From Proteobacteria bacterium UBA964 (lineage in GTDB: Bacteria > Pseudomonadota > Gammaproteobacteria > Steroidobacterales > Steroidobacteraceae), in the NCBI GenBank assembly GCA_002292945.1, contig DBCG01000061.1, positions 1-52,024 of the forward strand: a stretch of 52,024 nt of DNA, given 5' to 3'. The notes below the pieces were generated by a model. It was not told the DNA's origin and made no database searches. It saw only the letters and a list, made by a program, of their open reading frames with translations. Below are positions 45,622 through 52,024 of this stretch, piece by piece (position 1 is the stretch's first letter; each line of letters opens with the position of its first letter). Position numbers and translations under genes: made by a program.

Positions 45622-46265
45622 AGGGGACGGTCCATGGCGGCAGCGTCGGGGTAGATCCAAGGGCGCGCCACACGGTCGGAGGCGAAGAAGGCATCGATGT
45701 CGGCGCGATGCTTGAGCGTGAGGTCGATGGCGTCGAGGCCCTCGAGCAGCATGGCTCGCGACTCCCCATCGAGCTCGAACGGATGCTGTGACGAGGGGGC
45801 TGCGTAGACCACGCCCTGCTCCACATCCACGGTGAGACGATGCGCCTGCGGATCGAGCACGATCCGGGAGGCGAGTTCCGCGACGGTCTCGACCGACAAA
45901 CGCACGGGCGCGAGACCATTGCGCACGCAGTTGCCTTCGAAGATCGGCGCGAACGAGGGGGCGATGATGACGCGGAACCCATACTCGCGCAGCGCCCAAA
46001 CCGCATGTTCGCGGCTCGAACCGCAACCGAAGTTGGCGCCACCGAGCAAGATGCGCGCACCGGCGTAGGGTGCCTGGTTGAGCACGAAACCCGGATCCGG
46101 TTCGCGCCCGCCGATGGCCGTGTAACGCCAGCCGGCGAACAGACCTGATGCAAGACCCGTCTTCGAGACGGTCTTCATCTCGCGCGATGGGATGATGGCG
46201 TCGGTGTCTATGTTGTCGCGCAGCAGTGGCGCTGCGACGGCGGTGATGCGGCGCATCGGCTCCAC
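45618..46265 (-). CDS. aconitase-family hydro-lyase small subunit (LeuD-like)
   Basis: LLRDNIDTDAIIPSREMK....GANFGCGSSREHAVWAL..GFRVIIAPSFA.IF matches the LeuD swivel domain. Confidence 0.85.
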   Translation of the reverse strand: MEPMRRITAVAAPLLRDNIDTDAIIPSREMKTVSKTGLASGLFAGWRYTAIGGREPDPGFVLNQAPYAGARILLGGANFGCGSSREHAVWALREYGFRVIIAPSFAPIFEGNCVRNGLAPVRLSVETVAELASRIVLDPQAHRLTVDVEQGVVYAAPSSQHPFELDGESRAMLLEGLDAIDLTLKHRADIDAFFASDRVARPWIYPDAAAMDRPL

Positions 46266-46268
46266 CAG

Positions 46269-47690
46269 TCAACCCTCCCCGGTCGCGAAGTCGCGCGGAT
46301 CCGTGATGCAGCCGGTGAGCGCGCTCGCGGCGACGGTCTCCGGGCTCGCGATGTGGGTGCGTGTCTCAGGGCCCTGACGGCTCTCGAAGTTGCGGTTCGT
46401 GGAGGACACCACACGCTCGCGGGGCCCGAAACTCTCGCCGCCAGCGAAAAAGCAGAGCGAACAGCCCGATTCGCGCCACTCGAAGCCGGCCTCGATGAAC
46501 ACTTTATCCAGCCCCTCCGCCTCGGCCGCGCGCTTGACCGACATCGAACCCGGCACACACAGCGCGCGCACACCGTGCGCCACCTTGCGCCCGCGGAGGA
46601 TCGTCGCGGCGCGACGCAGGTCTGAGAGTCGGCTGTTGGTGCAGGAACCGATGAACGCGCCCGTGACCGGCAGACCGATGAGCGATTGCCCGACCTCCAG
46701 ACCCATGTACTGCAAGGCGCGCGCATGCGCTTCCGGTGTGGTGCCGCTCGCCCCGCCCTGCGGCACACAGGCATCGATCGCCACAGCATGCTGCGGACTC
46801 GTGCCCCAAGTGACCATGGGGGAGACTTCACCGGCGTCGAGGACGATCTCGTGGTCAAAACGGGCCCCGGGGTCGCTCGCGAGCGAGCGCCACACCACCA
46901 TCGCCCGCTCGAAGAGCGCGCCCTGCGGCGCATATCGCCGCCCGCGCAGATAGCTGAAGGTCGTCTCATCCGGGGCGATGAGCGCGGTCATCGCCGCGAA
47001 CTCCGTGGCCATGTTGCAGAGGGTCATCCGCGCTTCCATGTCGAGCGCGCGTACCGCGCCGCCTGCGTACTCCACGGCGCACCCCCTCCCGCCTGCCGCA
47101 CCCTGCCGCGCCAAGATATGTAGCGCGAGGTCTTTGGCGGTGACCCCGGGGGCGAGCCGCCCCTCGACCGAGATGCGCATCGTGCGGGGCCGCTTGACGC
47201 GCAGTGTGCCGGTGGCGAGCGCGTGCTCGGCTTCGGTCGAACCGATGCCCCAAGCGAAAGCGCCCATCGCGCCTTGGGTGCAGGTGTGGCTATCCGGACA
47301 GACCACGGTCGTGCCAGGCAGGACAAGACCGAGTTCCGGCGAGATCACATGGACGATCCCTTGCAAGGGGTCGCGCACATCGAAGACGCGGATGCCTGCG
47401 GCCTCGGCGGCCGAACGGGTCTCGAGGATGAAGGCCGAACCTCCCGGCATCCGAGTCGAATCGCCGCGACCGGGCGTGGTATCGACGATGTGGTCCATGG
47501 TGCAGAAGACCCGCGAGGGGTCGAGAACGGGGCGGCTTGCCTCCGCCAGACTCTTGAGGGCGACCGAACCGGTGCGCTCATGCAGGAATATGCGGTCGGT
47601 CGCGATCAGCGACGACCCGTCGCCGAGGTCGCGGACGACATGTGGGTCCCAGATCTTCTCGAACAGGCTGCGCGGCCCCATGGGTACCAT
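46269..47690 (-). CDS. aconitase-family hydro-lyase large subunit (LeuC-like)
   Basis: LFEKIWDPHVV, VCPDSHTCTQGA, GSCTNSRLSDL and the Cys ligand context of the Fe-S cluster match LeuC/aconitase domains 1-3. Confidence 0.9.
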   Translation of the reverse strand: MVPMGPRSLFEKIWDPHVVRDLGDGSSLIATDRIFLHERTGSVALKSLAEASRPVLDPSRVFCTMDHIVDTTPGRGDSTRMPGGSAFILETRSAAEAAGIRVFDVRDPLQGIVHVISPELGLVLPGTTVVCPDSHTCTQGAMGAFAWGIGSTEAEHALATGTLRVKRPRTMRISVEGRLAPGVTAKDLALHILARQGAAGGRGCAVEYAGGAVRALDMEARMTLCNMATEFAAMTALIAPDETTFSYLRGRRYAPQGALFERAMVVWRSLASDPGARFDHEIVLDAGEVSPMVTWGTSPQHAVAIDACVPQGGASGTTPEAHARALQYMGLEVGQSLIGLPVTGAFIGSCTNSRLSDLRRAATILRGRKVAHGVRALCVPGSMSVKRAAEAEGLDKVFIEAGFEWRESGCSLCFFAGGESFGPRERVVSSTNRNFESRQGPETRTHIASPETVAASALTGCITDPRDFATGEG

Positions 47691-47746
47691 TCTACGCCCC
47701 CCGGCTGGCCGATGCCCGTACCGGTCGTGCCCTCAGCCGAGCAGCC

Positions 47747-48955
47747 TCAGCCAAGCAGGTTGAGGAAGGCGTTGATGATGAGCGCGTTGGTGAAGTCGAT
47801 GAAGAATGCGCCCACCACCGGTGCCACGAGGAAGGCCCGCGGTGCCACGCCGTGCCGGGCCACCAGCGTGCGCATCACTGCCAGCGCGGTCGCCGTGGTG
47901 CCGAGCATGAACCCGGTGAAGCCACCGGACATCACCGCCGCGTCGTAATCGCGGCCCATCAGCCGATAGACGAGGCGCAACCCCAAAGCGATCAAGGCGA
48001 CCTGCAAGGCAAGATTGACCAGCAGCGGCAGTGCTACACCATGCAACCTGCTCAGATCGAGCGTCATCAGCCACATGGCCAAGAACAACGACAAGGCGAT
48101 CGCACCCAGCGCTTCGATGACCGCCGGATCCGGCCGCAGGCGCCCGAGCAACGGCCCCGCATTGGTCACCACGGCAGCGAGCAACATCGCCCCGATATAC
48201 CCAGGCAGCGTGATGCCGGTCCGCTCGATCAATGAACTCACCCACTGCCCGACGACGACGATGCCGAGCAGCAACGCGACCGCCGTGAATGCAGAACCCT
48301 CGGTCGCCCGGATGGTGCCCGTGTCATCGAGAGGGGCCGGATCGGTCGACAGGTCCGTGGCCGCCGATTGCGACGTCGTACGCGTCGACCCACGCAGCCC
48401 TTCAGTTCGCATCAAGCGGACGACCAGGGGTCCGCCGACCAATCCACCGAGCACGATGCCTGCTGTGGCGCTCGCGACCGCGATCGCACCGGCGCCGACG
48501 ACGCCCGCCTGCTCGAAGAGCGGCGCGAAGGCTGCGCCGGTCGCTGGGCCGCCAGTGAGGGTGACCGCGCCGACCAGCACTCCGAACAGCGGCGGCAGAC
48601 CGAACATCGCCGCCACAGCGATGCCGACCACGCTCTGCAGCACTGCAAATCCGCTGCAGAGCGCAAGGAAGACCAGTACTTGGGGCCCGCCGCGCCGCAG
48701 CAGCTCGAGCCGCGCGGCGAAGCCAAGGGTCGCGAAGAACGCGACCAACAGCGGCTTTTGCAACAAGGTATCGAAGGTCAGGACCGGCCCGCCGAGCGAC
48801 TTGCTACCGAGCAACAACAGTGCCACCAATAGCCCACCCACCACCGGCGGCGGGATGCTGAAGCGTTCGAGGACACCCACCTTGGAGCAGAGCCATTGGC
48901 CCGCCAACACCACCGCGCCCGCGAGCGCCAGCGTCTGCATGAAATCGAGCGTCAC
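47747..48955 (-). CDS. GltS-family (ESS) sodium/glutamate-type symporter
   Basis: 402-aa polytopic protein. The N-terminus LDFMQTLALAGAVVLAGQWL...ERFSIPPPVVGGL resembles GltS. The GTG start overlaps the pabB stop as GTGA. Confidence 0.8.
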   Translation of the reverse strand: MTLDFMQTLALAGAVVLAGQWLCSKVGVLERFSIPPPVVGGLLVALLLLGSKSLGGPVLTFDTLLQKPLLVAFFATLGFAARLELLRRGGPQVLVFLALCSGFAVLQSVVGIAVAAMFGLPPLFGVLVGAVTLTGGPATGAAFAPLFEQAGVVGAGAIAVASATAGIVLGGLVGGPLVVRLMRTEGLRGSTRTTSQSAATDLSTDPAPLDDTGTIRATEGSAFTAVALLLGIVVVGQWVSSLIERTGITLPGYIGAMLLAAVVTNAGPLLGRLRPDPAVIEALGAIALSLFLAMWLMTLDLSRLHGVALPLLVNLALQVALIALGLRLVYRLMGRDYDAAVMSGGFTGFMLGTTATALAVMRTLVARHGVAPRAFLVAPVVGAFFIDFTNALIINAFLNLLG

Positions 48956-50271
48956 CCGTCACCTCCTGAAGCGACCTCTGATATCGATGACCGACCATCG
49001 CGCAACCCCCGCAGAGGCGCCGACTTGGCCTGAGCCTCCGCCCACTCGCCCTCAGCGGTCGAATCGTGGACGATCCCGCCGCCGATGTCCCATCGCGCTT
49101 CATCGCCCGAGATCTGCAGCGTGCGGATGACCACGCTGAACGAAGCGTCGCCCGAGGGATCGAGCCAACCGATCGCGCCGCCGTAGAGACCGCGGGGTCC
49201 GGACTCGAGCTCGTGGATCATGCGACACGCCTCGATCTTCGGCGCGCCGGTCATCGAACCGGGCGGGAACGCCGCCGCGAACACATCGAACACATCGAGG
49301 CCGCTGCGCAGCTCACCCGTGATCGTCGAGGTCATCTGCGCGACGCTGGCGTAGCGCTCGACCTCCCACAAAGATTCTGCCCGGACGCTGCCGGCGACGC
49401 AGACCCTACCAAGATCGTTGCGCACAAGATCTGCGATCATCACGTTCTCGGCGCGGTCTTTCGAGGAGGACGCGAGCTCTCGCATCAGCGCCTCTGCGGT
49501 CTCCGGCGTGATACGGCGCGTGCCCTTCATGGGTCGCGCCGTGACCTCTCGACCCCGCAGCGCGAAGAAGCGCTCCGGACTCGCCGACAACAACTCGAGT
49601 CCCGGTCGATCACCGCGTCCCGGCAGGTGCAGCCACGCGCCATGATCCACAGGGTGCTGCGACATCAGCCAAGCGAAGAGCGCCGCCGGGTCCTCCGGAG
49701 GCGCGAAACGCAACGGGAAAGTCAGACAGAGTTGATACAGACGCCCCGCAGCGATGGCCTCTCGGGCTTTTTCGACAGCGCTGGCGTGCCAACGCTCACG
49801 TCCGTCCCCCTCCTCCGATGAAACAGCCTGCCCCTGCGACGACACGGTCGGGTGCAGCTGCGGCATCGCCGTCGGTGCTCCCCAGCCGCCGGGCGTCTCA
49901 TCTGATGGGGCAAGCTGCTGCAAAGATCTCGCAGACCATAACTGGAGGCGCGGCAGCGCACGCCAGTCAGGGTGCACGGGCACCGTTTCGAACTCGGCGA
50001 CGGCCTCATGGGTGGCGAGCAGCAAGAGGCCGCAGGCGCCCTGAGAGAACGCCAGTCGAGCAGCCTCTCGCAAGCGCTCGATGACCGGTTTTTGCCCAGG
50101 ATCTGTGTCGGAACTCCATTCCAACGCCAGACCGTCGGCCAACAAGGAACGCCGACCGAGCTCCGGATGACCGAGCGCCGAGACCAAGCAGGCGAACGGC
50201 TCACCCCGGGCGCGCAGCGCCTCGGCCGCAGACCGCAGATCGCGCAGCGTGGGCGGCGATACGGAGGTCAC
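48952..50271 (-). CDS. pabB: chorismate-binding enzyme, aminodeoxychorismate synthase component I-like
   Basis: SPERFF, PMKGTRR, KDRAENVMIADLVRND, AAFPPGSMTGAPK and GLYGGAIGW are motifs of the TrpE/PabB family. It is adjacent to a class IV aminotransferase-fold gene. I prefer GTG 50271 (GTGA overlap with the pabC stop) to the track's GTG 50313. Confidence 0.75.
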   Translation of the reverse strand: MTSVSPPTLRDLRSAAEALRARGEPFACLVSALGHPELGRRSLLADGLALEWSSDTDPGQKPVIERLREAARLAFSQGACGLLLLATHEAVAEFETVPVHPDWRALPRLQLWSARSLQQLAPSDETPGGWGAPTAMPQLHPTVSSQGQAVSSEEGDGRERWHASAVEKAREAIAAGRLYQLCLTFPLRFAPPEDPAALFAWLMSQHPVDHGAWLHLPGRGDRPGLELLSASPERFFALRGREVTARPMKGTRRITPETAEALMRELASSSKDRAENVMIADLVRNDLGRVCVAGSVRAESLWEVERYASVAQMTSTITGELRSGLDVFDVFAAAFPPGSMTGAPKIEACRMIHELESGPRGLYGGAIGWLDPSGDASFSVVIRTLQISGDEARWDIGGGIVHDSTAEGEWAEAQAKSAPLRGLRDGRSSISEVASGGDG

Positions 50272-51113
50272 GGCGATCCAGACCGATGATGCGCCAAGAG
50301 CTTGGCGCGCCACTCAGCGGCGACCCGCAACGATCGCCCCGTCGGCAAGACCGTCCCATCGACGCTGCCTACCGCGACCGCGAGTCGAAGCGCGCTCAAC
50401 AATACGAGCCCCTCGATCGGCGCCGCAGCGCCCGGCTTCAGGTCATCGCTGCGCAGCTCACCTGAATCGATCGCAACGCCTGTCTCACGGAGCGTGGCGA
50501 GGGTCACGCTCGGCAACACGGCGGGCGAATCGCTGCTCGACCAACGGCCGTCACGGCACCAGACCAACGCACTGGTCGCACCCTCAAGCAGACAGCCGTC
50601 GCGCACCAACAGCGCTTCTGCGGCGCCCTGTGCGAAAGCCTCGCGCCGCGCCATGATCGACCAGTGATAGCTCGCGGATTTCCCCAAGAGCCCGAGGCCC
50701 GGATGGGGGAACGAGGCGGTCACCGACGCCACACCGGCCTCGATCGAAGACGGAGATGGGTTGTGGCGACCCCATTCGCCAAGCGCCTGCCAACGCTCGC
50801 CCACCGCATCGAGCGCGAGGAGCAACCGCAGCCGACCAGACGGGAATTCATCGAAGACCGGCATCATCGTCTCGACACAGCGTTGCGCTGCGGACGATGC
50901 GTTCTGCGCGGCCTCGGGGCCCAGTCCTGCGGCGACCGACCGCGACAGGCGATCGAGGTGAGCCTTGAGCGCCATGGGACGACCGTCCTGCACCCGCAGG
51001 GTCTCGAACCAACCTTCCCCGGCGGTCACCAGGGAGCTGGTGGGGGCGAACACGGACTCCCCTGGCGCGAGCCAGCGGTCATCGAGGCAGTAACGATTGG
51101 GGGGTGTGGTCAC
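50268..51113 (-). CDS. pabC: class IV aminotransferase-fold protein, aminodeoxychorismate lyase-like
   Basis: GEGWFETLRVQDGRPMALKAHLDRLSRS is the typical N-terminal PabC/IlvE-fold motif. The track ORF (to 51182) runs through the tRNA, so the start must be at or below 51137. GTG 51113 is the first candidate. Confidence 0.6.
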   Translation of the reverse strand: MTTPPNRYCLDDRWLAPGESVFAPTSSLVTAGEGWFETLRVQDGRPMALKAHLDRLSRSVAAGLGPEAAQNASSAAQRCVETMMPVFDEFPSGRLRLLLALDAVGERWQALGEWGRHNPSPSSIEAGVASVTASFPHPGLGLLGKSASYHWSIMARREAFAQGAAEALLVRDGCLLEGATSALVWCRDGRWSSSDSPAVLPSVTLATLRETGVAIDSGELRSDDLKPGAAAPIEGLVLLSALRLAVAVGSVDGTVLPTGRSLRVAAEWRAKLLAHHRSGSP

Positions 51114-51137
51114 TGGCGAAAGATGCGCCAAGAAAGA

Positions 51138-51214
51138 TGGTCGGGACGCCGAGATTTGAACTCGGGACCCCTTGCACCCCATGCAAGTGCGCTACCAGAC
51201 TGCGCCACGTCCCG
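51138..51214 (-). tRNA. tRNA-Pro (anticodon GGG)
   Basis: The minus strand reads CGGGACGTGGCGCAGTCTGGTAGCGCACTTGCATGGGGTGCAAGGGGTCCCGAGTTCAAATCTCGGCGTCCCGACCA. It has a 7-bp acceptor stem (CGGGACG/CGTCCCG), an anticodon stem CTTGC/GCAAG with loop ATGGGGT, a T-loop GTTCAAATC and an encoded CCA. Confidence 0.9.
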
Positions 51215-51283
51215 TCCGACCGACTGTGAGAAGTATAACGCGCCCGAGTGGCGAACGTCGCCCCGCGAGTCCGTGAACACGGA

Positions 51284-51640
51284 TCAACGCCGCAGCAGCC
51301 GCAGGATCTCCTCGAGTTCGAGCCTCGCCTGGCGGATGATCTGCTGGCTCTGGGTGCTGTCGCTGCGGGCCTCTTCGCCCGTGAGCTTGTTGCGCGCACC
51401 GCCGATCGTGAAGCCCTGCTCGTAGAGCAGGCCCCGGATCTGGCGGATGACGATGACATCCTGGCGCTGGTAATAGCGGCGGTTGCCGCGGCGCTTCACG
51501 GGCTTGAGCTGCGGGAACTCCTGCTCCCAATAACGCAGCACATGCGGCTTGACGCCGCACAACTCGGCGACCTCACCGATGGTGAAATACCGCTTGCCGG
51601 GGATCGCCGGCAGCTCGTCGTTATTCTTGGCTTCCAGCAT
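51284..51640 (-). CDS. MerR-family transcriptional regulator (conserved ihfA-linked type)
   Basis: [45 protein letters not shown] is the MerR HTH. Lies downstream of ihfA and next to tRNA-Pro, as in many gamma-proteobacteria. Confidence 0.85.
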   Translation of the reverse strand: MLEAKNNDELPAIPGKRYFTIGEVAELCGVKPHVLRYWEQEFPQLKPVKRRGNRRYYQRQDVIVIRQIRGLLYEQGFTIGGARNKLTGEEARSDSTQSQQIIRQARLELEEILRLLRR

Positions 51641-51920
51641 ACGCTTCGACGCGAGCCTTCAGTTTTTGCCCAGGGCGGAAAGTGACCACCCGCCGCGCGC
51701 TGATGGGGATCTCTTCCCCGGTCTTGGGGTTGCGACCGGGGCGCTGGTTCTTGTCGCGCAGGTCGAAATTGCCGAAACCTGACAGCTTGACCTGCGAACC
51801 GGTCGACAGCGCTTCGCGAACCTCTTCAAAGAAAAGGTCCACCAGTTCACGCGCCTCGCGTTTGTTGAGGCCGAGCTGGTTGAACAGCGCCTCTGCCATC
51901 TCGGCCTTGGTCAATGCCAT
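51621..51920 (-). CDS. ihfA: integration host factor alpha subunit
   Basis: [83 protein letters not shown] is a near-canonical IHF-alpha sequence. ATG 51920. Confidence 0.95.
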   Translation of the reverse strand: MALTKAEMAEALFNQLGLNKREARELVDLFFEEVREALSTGSQVKLSGFGNFDLRDKNQRPGRNPKTGEEIPISARRVVTFRPGQKLKARVEAYAGSQE

Positions 51921-51967
51921 CGTTTCGTATTCTTGTGTCTGTGACGCCGATACTGTCCCGCCGCGAA

Positions 51968-52024
51968 TCATTCGCGGAAAGACGCTCCCAGCCGAAGGGT
52001 CAACGCAGCGCGGATGGCCGCCAT
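51968..52024 (-). CDS. pheT: 3' end of phenylalanine-tRNA ligase beta subunit (partial)
   Basis: The frame is open to the window edge and ends ..[17 protein letters not shown]. Both this ending and the position upstream of ihfA fit pheT. Only 18 codons are visible. Confidence 0.5.
   Translation of the reverse strand: MAAIRAALTLRLGASFRE

Noticed and set aside
44692-46272. 526-aa ORF in the track that looks like one large protein.
   Set aside because: Only the C-terminal 309 aa (from ATG 45621) are HMG-CoA-lyase-like. The N-terminal part is an Arg-rich run-on in a frame overlapping the clearly LeuD-like ORF at 45618-46265.
51114-51182. N-terminal extension of the pabC-like ORF (MGCKGSRVQISASRP..).
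   Set aside because: This peptide is simply the translation of the tRNA-Pro gene (T-arm GTTCAAATC gives VQIS). The coding region must start downstream of the tRNA.
51138-51214. tRNA-Pro as an integration site for a genomic island covering the adjacent operons or the flagellar cluster.
   Set aside because: No integrase, no recognisable repeat of the tRNA 3' end, no mobility genes and no obvious compositional break. The flanking pheT-ihfA-merR-tRNA-Pro block is a conserved housekeeping arrangement.
51961-51977. Hairpin CCGCGAA-TCA-TTCGCGG spanning the pheT stop codon, considered as a terminator.
   Set aside because: The stem is 7 bp with a 3-nt loop and no U-tract, and ihfA is normally co-transcribed or separately promoted here. 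It is too weak to call.
1-52024. CRISPR arrays, tandem or interspersed repeats, IS elements, toxin-antitoxin pairs or defence-system genes.
   Set aside because: Reading through the window I saw no repeat-spacer periodicity, no transposase, integrase or nuclease/helicase-type ORFs, and no unexplained multi-gene block. Every gap above 60 nt is accounted for by promoter or terminator sequence. A computational repeat search would be needed to exclude short dispersed repeats.

Overview
High-GC (roughly two-thirds G+C by eye) proteobacterial chromosome segment, gamma-proteobacterial in gene order. About 36 kb (3.2-39.9 kb) is one nearly complete flagellar regulon, almost all on the minus strand. 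In transcription order it reads flgBCDEFGHIJKL, fliC, flaG-fliD-fliS, a sigma-54 activator, fliEFGHIJK, and fliLMNOPQR-flhBA-flhF-fleN-fliA-motCD. A DUF2802 gene, an HDOD gene, an L,D-transpeptidase and a truncated DASS transporter follow. flgA-flgM-flgN diverge on the plus strand.

Right of the flagellar block lie a tandem-USP gene and a co-directional minus-strand string: pabC-pabB, gltS, leuC-like, leuD-like, HMG-CoA-lyase-like, class III CoA-transferase, glutaryl-CoA-dehydrogenase-like and mgtC/DUF4010. The conserved pheT-ihfA-merR-tRNA-Pro block closes the window.

By eye I found five near-consensus sigma-54 promoters placed exactly at operon heads and one near-consensus sigma-28 promoter (flgM). 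I saw no CRISPR array, transposase, integrase, prophage or recognisable defence genes.

The points most worth follow-up:
- The only enhancer-binding protein lacks any N-terminal regulatory domain, and no fleSR pair is present.
- Two sigma-54 promoters sit back to back in the flgB/flgA gap, leaving flgA essentially leaderless.
- A sigma-54 promoter heads the DUF2802-HDOD-L,D-transpeptidase-transporter string.
- An uncharacterised LeuCD-like/HMGL-like/CoA-transferase/GCDH-like catabolic operon.

The ORF track counts GTG and TTG as starts and shows them as M. I re-derived many start codons by hand, so treat starts as +/- a few codons. All family assignments rest on remembered motifs, not on searches.
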